From: Promethearchaeota archaeon
Lineage (GTDB): Archaea; Asgardarchaeota; Lokiarchaeia; Sigyniarchaeales; SOKP01
DNA: 64,000 nucleotides
Direction of reading: 5' to 3'
Assembly: GCA_048941015.1 (NCBI GenBank)
Contig: JBHLNZ010000012.1
Location: forward strand, 1 to 64,000
The notes below the pieces were generated by a model, which was not told the origin of the DNA, made no database searches, and was given only the letters and a program-made list of their open reading frames with translations. Shown here one piece after another: positions 10,639 to 20,214 of the stretch. Numbering within the stretch: position 1 is the first letter of the stretch; every line of letters starts with the position of its first letter. Position numbers and translations under genes: made by a program.

Positions 10639-11352
10639 ATGATAAACTTTAATAGAAAATCTAGAAAGATTCTTTTTTCTTTTATTTTAATATGCCAAGT
10701 TATTTTCGGTATTTCTCTTAATTTGGTTTTTCAGTATAATCACTTTCTCTCTGAAAACATTGAGATAGATCATTTAAAATTATCGCAAACGAATGGAAAT
10801 TCTTCTATTGAAACATTTCTTCCAAGATTAGCATGGCTTGAAGTCCAAGTAAAATTAAATATCTCTTCTAACGAATCAGGACAGATTTTTTGTTATTTAA
10901 ATGAATTCCCAGATAATTCAAGATTTTATGGTGTGAATCAAAGTGTAGATTTAATCGGAAGTAATGTCTCTCAAACAATACATTTAATAGCACGACCTAG
11001 TTTTCTTACCTTCCCAGGGATTTATAGATTTGAGTTGAATATTACAGGAATTCAGACATATAATGAAAATTTTGAAGTTATTTTTGTTTTAGGTTATTCT
11101 ATTTTAACAATTATATCAATCTCATTTTTTATATGCCTTATTATTATTTTGATTAAACATAGAAAAACAGTAAAATCTAAATCTACATCTCAAGTTGTAG
11201 GAGCAACTGAAACAATAGAATCTACTTCAGTTATTAAGGGGAAGATTAAATGTCCTGAGTGTCGCAAATCAATCGATGAGGGCCTTACTTTTTGTCCTGA
11301 ATGTGGTGCTAGAATACCTGAATTTTTACGCTACAATCCTCCGGGAATGTAA
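10639..11352 (+). CDS. Membrane protein with extracellular beta domain and C-terminal zinc ribbon
   Basis: N-terminal TM/signal, second TM followed by basic residues, CPEC...CPECG. Confidence 0.75.
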   Translation: MINFNRKSRKILFSFILICQVIFGISLNLVFQYNHFLSENIEIDHLKLSQTNGNSSIETFLPRLAWLEVQVKLNISSNESGQIFCYLNEFPDNSRFYGVNQSVDLIGSNVSQTIHLIARPSFLTFPGIYRFELNITGIQTYNENFEVIFVLGYSILTIISISFFICLIIILIKHRKTVKSKSTSQVVGATETIESTSVIKGKIKCPECRKSIDEGLTFCPECGARIPEFLRYNPPGM

Positions 11353-11372
11353 AATTTTATATGTTTATATAA

Positions 11373-11882
11373 ATGAATTTTATCATTATTATGATAAAAT
11401 TAGAAGTAAAATTACCTGATAGACCAGGAAGCTTAATAGAACTTATTAGACCAATCTCTGAAAATGGAGGAAATATCTATGGAGTACTCCATTACCATGA
11501 TAAAAAAGTTAACGATTTAATTCCTGTAAGTATCACCTTTGAATTAAATCAAGAAATTTTTGAATTAGGTTTAGCAAATATCAAAAGGGAACTTAATGAA
11601 AAAAACATTCAAATTGAAAGCATCGATATAGATACTGAAAAGAGGAATCTTATCATCATTATAACTGGACATGTTTTTGATACTGATGTATTAGATACTA
11701 TTAAAAGATTAGCTGCTAAAAATATTATCGTATCAGAATTACATGCGAAATTTACAGAAATAAATAAGAGTAGTAATGTCAAATTAAAAATTGACTTTCC
11801 TGAATCTATTTCAAAAAATGATTTAATTACTGAACTAGAAAAGATTTGTGATGAAAAAGGATTATTCTTAATATCTTCTTGA
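11373..11882 (+). CDS. Double ACT-domain protein, putative allosteric regulator of homoserine dehydrogenase
   Basis: LPDRPGSL ACT motif, IIITGHVFDTD second ACT; directly upstream of hom. Confidence 0.8.
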   Translation: MNFIIIMIKLEVKLPDRPGSLIELIRPISENGGNIYGVLHYHDKKVNDLIPVSITFELNQEIFELGLANIKRELNEKNIQIESIDIDTEKRNLIIIITGHVFDTDVLDTIKRLAAKNIIVSELHAKFTEINKSSNVKLKIDFPESISKNDLITELEKICDEKGLFLISS

Positions 11883-12031
11883 TCGATTTAATTATTAAAG
11901 AAAATTGGATTCCTATCTTTTATTATAAATTTATTCAATCTTTTTAGGAAATATTGTAAATTCATAAAAAATATAAGTTTTCAATGAATATTTAATCCAA
12001 AATTTAACAATGTCATAATTACATAGATAAA

Positions 12032-13039
12032 ATGGAGACTAAAATATGTTTAATCGGTTATGGAAACGTTGGCAAAAGCTTTATCAAATTACTGTTAGAA
12101 AAGCAGCAATTTTTTAGAGAACAATTAAATTTAGGAATAAAAGTAATTGCAATATTCGAATATAATGGTGCTTTAATTAATGAGAGTGGCATAAATCTGA
12201 TTAAAATAATAGATAATACAAATAATTTTAGCGAATTATCTTATTGGAAGAAAAATCTTACATTTAAAGAAGTAATTCCAAATTTAGATGTTGATATTAT
12301 AGTTGAAACTACACCTACTAACTTAGAAATTGGAGAGCCAGGGCTCTCTCATATTATAGCCGCATTAAATTATAGGAAAGATGTTATTACGTCAAATAAA
12401 GGGCCTTTTTATTTAGCCTATAAAAAAATAATGAATTTAGCTCAAGAAAAAGGGTGTCATGTTGGATTTGAAGCAACAGTAGCAAGTTGTGTCCCAATTA
12501 TATCAATTAGTAAAAGTTTGATTGGAAATTATATCTCTAGTATTAAAGCTATTTTAAATGGTACCTCAAACTATATACTTAGTAGAATGACAGCAGAAGG
12601 TATTGATTTCTCATCTGCTTTGAAAGAGGCTCAGGAATTGGGATATGCGGAAGCAAAACCCAGTTTAGATATTGACGGATATGATGCCGCTGGAAAGCTA
12701 GTTATTTTAGCAAATCATTTATTAGGATGGTCTAAAAGTATTAAAGATGTAAAGATAAAAGGCATTTCTAAAATTACGCCTCATGCTATTGAATTAGCAA
12801 AGTCGGAAGGTCTAGTGATCAAACCACTTGCAGTGGCTGAAAATAATAGGTTAATAGTTGAACCACGTTTAATTGAAAAAGATTCTCCTCTAAATATCAA
12901 CGGTACCTTGAATGTAATTGAACTAAATACGGAATATGCAGGACCTATTATATTAACTGGGAGAGGAGCTGGAGGTCTCGAGGCAGCATCTGCTCTTATA
13001 AACGATCTTCTTAACATAATTAAGCTAAAATCTTCTTAA
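12032..13039 (+). CDS. hom: Homoserine dehydrogenase
   Basis: GYGNVG, VITSNKGP, FEATV, LNGTSNYIL, AQELGYAE, DIDGYDAAGK, GRGAGG. Confidence 0.95.
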   Translation: METKICLIGYGNVGKSFIKLLLEKQQFFREQLNLGIKVIAIFEYNGALINESGINLIKIIDNTNNFSELSYWKKNLTFKEVIPNLDVDIIVETTPTNLEIGEPGLSHIIAALNYRKDVITSNKGPFYLAYKKIMNLAQEKGCHVGFEATVASCVPIISISKSLIGNYISSIKAILNGTSNYILSRMTAEGIDFSSALKEAQELGYAEAKPSLDIDGYDAAGKLVILANHLLGWSKSIKDVKIKGISKITPHAIELAKSEGLVIKPLAVAENNRLIVEPRLIEKDSPLNINGTLNVIELNTEYAGPIILTGRGAGGLEAASALINDLLNIIKLKSS

Positions 13040-13137
13040 GAGTAAATTGGATTGAATTAATAATTGAGTTATAATTAAGAACTTCAAATATTATAGAATT
13101 AATGACTAAAATTAATTAAAAATATGGTGTAAATGAA

Positions 13138-13674
13138 ATGTATTTTAATTATAAAACTTCTTATAAAGCTACTATTTCAATTATAGGTGCTAGTGAAATT
13201 GATAAAAAAACAGAAATCTTAACAATGGAACTAGGTAGGTTATTAGCAAAAAATGGTTATGCTATAGCTTGTGGTGGATTAACAGGGGTAATGGAAGCCG
13301 TTTGTAAAGGTGTAAAAAAAGAAGGTGGATTAACGATTGGAATTATCCCTTTTAAAGAAAAAAATGCAGCAAATAGATATGTTGACATAGTAATTCCTGT
13401 TCCTTTTTCTCAAGCTAGAAATATTGTTGTAGTTTTAAGTGGAGATGCTTGTGTTGCTATTGCTGGAAAAGCAGGGACCTTGTCAGAAATATGTTTTGCT
13501 TGGATTTATGGAAAACCATTAATTGCATTATCTAGTGTTGAAGGATGGTCATCCAAATTAGCTAACCAAAGATTAGATGATCGAAGATCTGATATGATTT
13601 ATGGAGTAAATACTCCACAGATGGTGATTGAAAAATTAAATGAATTATTTAAAGGTATAGGTAAAGATGAGTAA
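13138..13674 (+). CDS. LOG-family (TIGR00725-like) nucleotide-binding protein
   Basis: CGGLTGVMEA, ARN, GKAGTLSE motifs. Confidence 0.85.
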   Translation: MYFNYKTSYKATISIIGASEIDKKTEILTMELGRLLAKNGYAIACGGLTGVMEAVCKGVKKEGGLTIGIIPFKEKNAANRYVDIVIPVPFSQARNIVVVLSGDACVAIAGKAGTLSEICFAWIYGKPLIALSSVEGWSSKLANQRLDDRRSDMIYGVNTPQMVIEKLNELFKGIGKDE

Positions 13675-15034
13675 TCAAAATATTCTATTCCATTCAACAA
13701 ACTATAATACTCCTGAAGTTAACCTTAAAACAGCTATTTTTAGAGGTCAAGCATTAGATTCAGGTTTATATATGTTAAATAAAATTCCAATCATAAAAAA
13801 AGAGATAATTTATTCCTTTAAGGATCTCCAGTTTAAAGATATTGCTTTAAATATATTAAAGCCTATTATTGATAAATCAATTCCTATAGATATTCTTAAA
13901 ATTATTATTAAAAAAGCTTTAAATTTTGACGTTCCAATAGAACGAATTAATAAAAACGATTCCCTATGTTATTTAGATGGAGGACCAACATGTAGTTTTA
14001 AAGATTTTGGAGCAAGAACATTAGCAAAAATTATGGAATATTTTCTTACGAAAGAAAAGAAAAAGATCATTATCCTTACTGCTACTTCAGGAGATACGGG
14101 TGGTGCAGTTGCTCAAGCATTTTATGAAATGAATAATATTAGCGTAGTGATCTTATATCCAAAAGATGAAGTTAGTGAATTACAAAGAAAGCAAATGACT
14201 ACTTTGGGAAAAAATATTATTGCTATTGGGATTAATGGAAAATTTGATGACTGCCAAAGAATGGTTAAACAAGCTTTTGCTGATACTGATCTAGATTATC
14301 TAAATTTAACTTCTGCAAATTCAATTAATTTTGGAAGGTTATTACCACAAGCTATTTATTATTTCTGGTGTTATTCCCGCATTATAGAAAATCAAAATGA
14401 ATCAATAATTTTTTCTGTTCCTTCAGGAAATTTCGGAAATTTAGTAGGAGGCTTAATGGCATTCAAAATGGGATTACCGGTAGTAAAATTTATAGCCGCT
14501 GTAAATGAAAATGATGAGTTCCCAAGATTTTTAGCTACAGGAAAATATGAGAAAGTAGAACCTTCACGAAATTGTATCTCAAATGCGATGAATGTTGGGC
14601 ATCCTTCGAATCTAGCAAGACTTTTCGATATATATAATGGTCATATTGATGAGAATGGAAATTTAATCAAAGAGCCTAATATCAAATTAATGAAACAAAC
14701 TATTATCTCTTATTCTATCAGTGAAGAATTAACCAAAAAAACTATTATTGAATTTTATAAAAATTATCAAAAAATTATTGAACCACATGGAGCTGTAGGA
14801 TGGGCTGCATTAAATCAATATCGAGTTCAGTTTCCAGAACAAAATGCTATTAAAGCAGTGTGTTTTGAAACTGCTAATCCCGCAAAATTTCCGAAAGAAA
14901 TAATTTCATTAATTAATGTTGTACCGAAAAAACCTAACTCATTAAAGTTAATTGAAAAGAGGAAGGAATATCCATATTCATCCGAAATTTCTAATTATCA
15001 AGACTTTAAGTACTTTTTACAAAAGAATTTTTAA
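13667..15034 (+). CDS. thrC: Threonine synthase
   Basis: GPTCSFKDFG (PLP Lys), ATSGDTG, FDDCQ, SANSINFGR, VPSGNFGN, HPSN; overlaps upstream gene by 8 nt. Confidence 0.95.
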   Translation: MSNQNILFHSTNYNTPEVNLKTAIFRGQALDSGLYMLNKIPIIKKEIIYSFKDLQFKDIALNILKPIIDKSIPIDILKIIIKKALNFDVPIERINKNDSLCYLDGGPTCSFKDFGARTLAKIMEYFLTKEKKKIIILTATSGDTGGAVAQAFYEMNNISVVILYPKDEVSELQRKQMTTLGKNIIAIGINGKFDDCQRMVKQAFADTDLDYLNLTSANSINFGRLLPQAIYYFWCYSRIIENQNESIIFSVPSGNFGNLVGGLMAFKMGLPVVKFIAAVNENDEFPRFLATGKYEKVEPSRNCISNAMNVGHPSNLARLFDIYNGHIDENGNLIKEPNIKLMKQTIISYSISEELTKKTIIEFYKNYQKIIEPHGAVGWAALNQYRVQFPEQNAIKAVCFETANPAKFPKEIISLINVVPKKPNSLKLIEKRKEYPYSSEISNYQDFKYFLQKNF

Positions 15035-15095
15035 AGAATACTATCATTTTTAAACTTACAAAAGAATATATTTGTTAATCATTTACATTATTACT

Positions 15096-15101
15096 AGGTG
15101 A
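15096..15101 (+). promoter_or_regulatory. Shine-Dalgarno-like site (AGGTGA) for TTG start of GTPase
   Basis: AGGTGA 7 nt upstream of TTG at 15109. Confidence 0.55.
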
Positions 15102-15108
15102 ATTTATT

Positions 15109-16080
15109 TTGGAAATTCAATTTTTATCTAAAGCTAAGGAAATAAAAGAGAAGAAAGAAATCGAGCCATCAAAAATCTTGTTCACGGGTCTTGACACAGC
15201 TGGTAAAACTACTATAATTTTAGCTTTACAAAGAGAATTCTCTAAAATTGCTTTATTAAAGCCAACTAGAGGGGCACAAAGAAGAATCTTTGAATTCTTA
15301 GGGAGGGAAATAGCAGAATGGGATCTTGGAGGGCAAATATCGTACCGTATTGCTTATTTGAAGAATCCAGGAAAATATTTTGACGGTACCGAAATCGCTA
15401 TATATGTAATTGATATTCAAAATAAAGCGAGAATTCCTGAAGCAATTAGTTATTTTAAAGATGTAATTATACAATTTAGGAAGCTAGAAATTGCCCCTCC
15501 AATATACGTATTTCTTCATAAATATGATCCTGCCCTTATTCGTAATGCTTTAAATGAGCTAAAAGCCCTTGAAATAGATATAAAAGAAAAATTAAAAAAT
15601 ACAGTTGATTATAAGAATATCTTTTTCTACACTACCTCTGTTTATGACCTAAATTCAATTATTAAAGCTATGTCTGAGATATTGCTCAATCTTTACCCTA
15701 AATCTGAATTAATTTCAAAAACTATCAACGAATTTGCCCAAAAGGTAGATTCAGAAGGAGTGGTATTGATTGATGATAATTCACTTATCATAGGATCCTA
15801 TTATAAAAATGAGGAATCTAAAAACCTCCTTTCGGCATCAACACCATATTTCTTGACTCTTAATGATAGTTTCCAATTTACACAAGTACTACCAGGCAGA
15901 CAGCAAGAAGAAAATAGAATGGTAGTCCAAAGATTTGGAAGAAATTTTATTTTTAAACAAATAAGTTTAAGACCGGGAAGTCCACCTTACTATATATTAA
16001 TGCTTAAGGAGGATCCAACGGTAAATCGAGAGGATTTTGATTCTTTTGCTAATTTATTGCAGGAGATATTATATAAATAA
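15109..16080 (+). CDS. Rag-like small GTPase with C-terminal roadblock-like domain
   Basis: G1 GLDTAGKTT, PTRG, WDLGGQ, Rag-type G4 HKYD, G5 TSVYD; C-terminal alpha/beta domain with VVLIDDNSLIIG. Confidence 0.85.
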   Translation: MEIQFLSKAKEIKEKKEIEPSKILFTGLDTAGKTTIILALQREFSKIALLKPTRGAQRRIFEFLGREIAEWDLGGQISYRIAYLKNPGKYFDGTEIAIYVIDIQNKARIPEAISYFKDVIIQFRKLEIAPPIYVFLHKYDPALIRNALNELKALEIDIKEKLKNTVDYKNIFFYTTSVYDLNSIIKAMSEILLNLYPKSELISKTINEFAQKVDSEGVVLIDDNSLIIGSYYKNEESKNLLSASTPYFLTLNDSFQFTQVLPGRQQEENRMVVQRFGRNFIFKQISLRPGSPPYYILMLKEDPTVNREDFDSFANLLQEILYK

Positions 16081-16236
16081 TCAAACTAATATTATTTCTA
16101 ATATAGAGAAGCCTTTCTATATTAATTTTTTAAAAAAAAGTAATTTTAATATCGATTTATATTATTTAATAAAAAATTACATTAATAAAATTAAATTTTT
16201 ATTATTATAACACACAAAGACAATTTTAATTTAATA

Positions 16237-17211
16237 ATGATAATATGTAGTAATTGCGGAGCAACAAATAACGAAGCAGAAACCCATATTTGTAGAAAAT
16301 GCGGTGCATTACTTCCAATATCAAGTAAACCTCCTCGAATCAGATTAACTACCCCAAAGAAATCCACTGGGAAATCTAAACCAAAAAAAGTTATTCTTCA
16401 AGAGGAAGAAACCATTTCAAATAAATTGAATTTACAAGAAATCCCTAAAGGAGTCATTCAAACGGATAATGAACTTAAATCTGAACCATTAAATGATGCT
16501 AATTTCAAACTAGATCAAAAAGATATAGATAATGAATATGACGAGTATAAAGAAGAAAAGGAGATTTTACAAGAAATTGCACCTAAACCATTTAGAGGAT
16601 CTATTATTTCTTCTAAATCGGTAAATCAATCATCAATAAAGCAATCGAAGAAAGCAGAATTAACAACAAAAGACAGTTCAGTTGAAATTTCGCTACTTAA
16701 ACAAAAACAGTTAGAAGAGGATATGTCAAAGGTCTTAAAATTTCTATCAAATAAAATAACCGTTAAAAAATTACCATCAGAAGAGAAAAAGGAAATCAAA
16801 AAAAAGACAGAGCCTACTATATCTCCTGCGAGTTTAAGTGAAATTCTAAAAGAACTCCTTAAACTTGACTTACATATTGAAGCATCAGCAATTATAAAAA
16901 ATGATGGTACAATTCTCGCATCAGCAATTTCTTCTCGTATTTCAGATTCTTTATTTGCAACAATCGGTCAGAACCTCTTAATGATTGGAAAAGATATAAT
17001 TGAAGGGTTAACTGCTGGTAAATTAATGAATATTTCAGTAAGAGGGACTAATGGTGTATTAGATTTAGCTCCCATTGATATAGAATCAACATTAGGAAAA
17101 GATATGCTTTTAATAATTCTATCTAATCCACGCGTTAAAAGTGGGATAATCAATTTTGCTGCAAATATTGTTAGAAAACAAGTTAAAGAATATTTAGGAA
17201 TTTCAAAATAA
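16237..17211 (+). CDS. Zinc ribbon + low-complexity linker + roadblock/LAMTOR2-like domain protein
   Basis: CSNC...CRKC at N-terminus, K/E/S-rich linker, C-terminal IEASAIIKNDGTILAS...ISVRGTNG roadblock pattern. Confidence 0.8.
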   Translation: MIICSNCGATNNEAETHICRKCGALLPISSKPPRIRLTTPKKSTGKSKPKKVILQEEETISNKLNLQEIPKGVIQTDNELKSEPLNDANFKLDQKDIDNEYDEYKEEKEILQEIAPKPFRGSIISSKSVNQSSIKQSKKAELTTKDSSVEISLLKQKQLEEDMSKVLKFLSNKITVKKLPSEEKKEIKKKTEPTISPASLSEILKELLKLDLHIEASAIIKNDGTILASAISSRISDSLFATIGQNLLMIGKDIIEGLTAGKLMNISVRGTNGVLDLAPIDIESTLGKDMLLIILSNPRVKSGIINFAANIVRKQVKEYLGISK

Positions 17212-17216
17212 ATTAA

Positions 17217-18017
17217 CTATAATAACTTCTTTTGGATTACTATTTTATTTATTTCAAGTATGTTGAAATAAGGCAAATTTGTTTTTAATTCCTGTAGAAA
17301 TGAATTAAAATAATAAATTCCAACTAGAGGGATACTATTTTCACTTATACGTATTGAATTATCTTCCAAAGTCACCATTATAGGTATTAATTTGAAAGGC
17401 AATTTATGCCTTATAGAATTATAATTCCCTAAAAGTTCCCTAATTAGACAGGAAAAGATATAAATGTTCTTTTGTAATGCTAAGGCTCGCTGCAATTGCA
17501 AATATGCTGCTCTATTGATTGCACTATAAGAATCTTTACGCTTCCATTGTTTTGCATCTATAATCAGTAGATGGGAATCAAGTATACCAATAACATCAAT
17601 TTCATATCTTTTTTGTAGTGTTTTTAGTTTAAAATCAGTTTTATCGGTAAATCTAAAATTATTAATTGCTTTATAACCATTCATTATTAAAATCTGCTTA
17701 ATAAGAACTTCAAATCCATTAAAATCTAATAAATTTGAGAGTTTTTGAATATCTAAATCAAGAAATTTGAAAGATTCTATTATAAATAAGATCTTATCAA
17801 CTACAATGTAATTGATATAATTGCCTTTTCTAATAGTTATTGATTCAAACTGATCTAAAAAATCTTTTAATTCATGCTTATTAATTTGCTTTATAGAAGT
17901 GATTTCAGGGATCTCAAGCCAAATTTCAGTTAATTTTTCATCTTTTTGAGTTAGAACAGTATAAATTTCAGAAAAAAATTGATTTAAGAATGAAGATGAA
18001 AATATTTTTATCATCAA
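17217..18017 (-). CDS. PD-(D/E)xK nuclease-fold protein (Mrr/NERD-like)
   Basis: FEVLI...YEIDVIG...LIIDAKQW catalytic pattern. Confidence 0.7.
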   Translation of the reverse strand: MMIKIFSSSFLNQFFSEIYTVLTQKDEKLTEIWLEIPEITSIKQINKHELKDFLDQFESITIRKGNYINYIVVDKILFIIESFKFLDLDIQKLSNLLDFNGFEVLIKQILIMNGYKAINNFRFTDKTDFKLKTLQKRYEIDVIGILDSHLLIIDAKQWKRKDSYSAINRAAYLQLQRALALQKNIYIFSCLIRELLGNYNSIRHKLPFKLIPIMVTLEDNSIRISENSIPLVGIYYFNSFLQELKTNLPYFNILEINKIVIQKKLL

Positions 18018-18206
18018 TTAATATTAAATTCTTTCTTAAAATAAGAAGAACAGACTAATGAAATATTGATTAAGTTTTATTAAAACCAGATCTTATCTTA
18101 TTTTAATTTGAAGTTTAATCTGTTAATAACATTTTTTATTAGAGGGATAAAACTTTAAAATAATGTTATTGAACAAGATTAAACATTTTAAAAAATTGTT
18201 ATAAAA

Positions 18207-20012
18207 ATGGATTTATTACCGAAAGTTTTCCGTACTGAAGGGGATATGGCTGACTTTGATCCTACAAAAATTTTTAATAGTATCGTCAGCGAAACTGGTA
18301 TGAATGAAGAAGATGCTAAACATATAACAGAACTAGTTGTAAGAAGAATTATTAGTTCAGGAATAAAATTTCTTTCAGGACCTCATATTAGAGAAATTGT
18401 TTGTTCTATCCTTTCTGAAAACCATTTTGAACAAGAAAGAAAGATATACACTCGAATTGGAATGCCAGTAATGGATTATGAAGCCATTTTAGAAAAAGAA
18501 TCTGAAAGCATTACTGAAATCTTAATTAATCCTGAAAAAGTACACCATATTGCTGCTAATCAATTGGCTGAAGAATACACACTTCTAAGAATTTTAAATG
18601 ACGAAGAATCTAAAGCACACTTATATGGAGATCTATATATTCATCAATTAAAGTATTTTGATTCAAGACCTTACCAATTATGTTGGGATCCTCGAATTAT
18701 ATTAAAATATGGTTTACCTCCATTAAAAAAGTGGAAATTAACAATTAAATCTGGACCAGCATTGAATTTAAATGAAGCTGTCATTCAATTATCCAATTGG
18801 TTAGGAATAATGCAAACTGAATTATGTGGTAATCAAAATCTAGATTTTTTAAATATTTTTTTATCTCCATATGCAAAAGGGCTTTCTAAAGAAGAGATAA
18901 AACAAGCAATTAAGCTTTTTATTCATCAATTAAATCATTTTGCCATGATGTCAAGTAAGAATGTATTAAAGAGCTCAATTTATTGTATTCCATCGTTATT
19001 AAGAGATATAGGTTCAATTCCCGCAGTTTCTTTTAATGGAAATTATAAAGGTGTCTACAATGATTATAGTGAAGAAGGTGTGAAAATTTTTAGAGCTTTG
19101 TCAGAAATATTTATCGAAGGAGACTATCATAAAAATAAATTTTTATACCCAACCCACAGAGTAATTTTTAATGAAGAATTATTGGAGAATTCCCTTTCTC
19201 ATTATGAAGTATTATTCAATGCAATTAGATTTAATCATATTCCGTATTTTGTAAATTCAAACTCTGATTGGTTTAAGAGAGATATTAGTAGAATTACTAA
19301 TAGCTCATATATAAATAATGGTATTTTACAAAAAGTTTCCTTAAATCTTCCAAGATATGCATATATGGCAAAAAATGAAGATATGTTTATGGAAATTTTA
19401 CGTAATAAATTAAAACTCTGTTTTGGAATTTTAAATAAGAAATATGAAATAATTAAGAAGAGATTAGAAACAAAACATTTACCTTTTTTAAGTGGTCAAA
19501 TTGAGGGAGAATCTTTATTTCCAATGGAAAAACAAGAATTATGTATTGGTTTTGTTGGATTAAATGAAACTGTGAAAAAGTTAGTAAATTTTGAATTACA
19601 TGAATCACCTGAGGCGATAAATTATGGCAAAAAAATCGTATTAACAATAAAGGAATTATGTGAAAAAGAAAGTCTGAATTCTGGTAAAGTTTATAATCTA
19701 ATTGAAGAAACTTCAGATAAAGCGTTGCAAAGATTTATTCGTTTAGATTTAATTCATTTTCCAAAAGTAGCAAGTTCAATTTTAACTGGAGGAAAAGATC
19801 AATATACTAATTCTGCTCATTTTTCAGAAAATAGTGACCTAAATCTTAAGGATCATTTAGTAAAACAAGGTGAATTTCAATCTATAATTCAAAATGGAGT
19901 ATTAGATATCATTTCAATGCGAAAATACAACTTAGAAACAAAAAATCTTAAAAATATATTAAAATTTGTTATACAAAAGAGTAAATTATCCTGTCTAAAA
20001 TTTATACCATAA
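18207..20012 (+). CDS. Class III ribonucleotide reductase (NrdD)-like protein with ATP cone, lacking catalytic elements
   Basis: ATP cone (KVFRTEGDMADFDPTKI...IREIV), HLYGDLYIH, SLNLPR, IGFVGLNE, YTNSAH; no finger-loop Cys, no C-terminal CxxC or RxxGY. Confidence 0.8.
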   Translation: MDLLPKVFRTEGDMADFDPTKIFNSIVSETGMNEEDAKHITELVVRRIISSGIKFLSGPHIREIVCSILSENHFEQERKIYTRIGMPVMDYEAILEKESESITEILINPEKVHHIAANQLAEEYTLLRILNDEESKAHLYGDLYIHQLKYFDSRPYQLCWDPRIILKYGLPPLKKWKLTIKSGPALNLNEAVIQLSNWLGIMQTELCGNQNLDFLNIFLSPYAKGLSKEEIKQAIKLFIHQLNHFAMMSSKNVLKSSIYCIPSLLRDIGSIPAVSFNGNYKGVYNDYSEEGVKIFRALSEIFIEGDYHKNKFLYPTHRVIFNEELLENSLSHYEVLFNAIRFNHIPYFVNSNSDWFKRDISRITNSSYINNGILQKVSLNLPRYAYMAKNEDMFMEILRNKLKLCFGILNKKYEIIKKRLETKHLPFLSGQIEGESLFPMEKQELCIGFVGLNETVKKLVNFELHESPEAINYGKKIVLTIKELCEKESLNSGKVYNLIEETSDKALQRFIRLDLIHFPKVASSILTGGKDQYTNSAHFSENSDLNLKDHLVKQGEFQSIIQNGVLDIISMRKYNLETKNLKNILKFVIQKSKLSCLKFIP

Positions 20013-20214
20013 TTTTTAGAGAAAGAAGAAAAGCTTAGTTAAAAAGATTTAATAATAAATTCTATCTTGATATATTAGAATATTATAATATTTTAAATCA
20101 ATTTTAATAGTATTAAAAGTTAAAAAAATCAATATCTTTTTAGTCAATAAGTAGGTTTCTTTCATTCTACTTATTTTAAGTATTTAAGATTAATCTAGGA
20201 ATTCTAGCAAAGTT

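Noticed and set aside
18207-20214. Frameshifted or split functional nrdD
   Set aside because: No CxxC or RxxGY coding potential seen downstream of the stop, and the finger-loop Cys is independently missing
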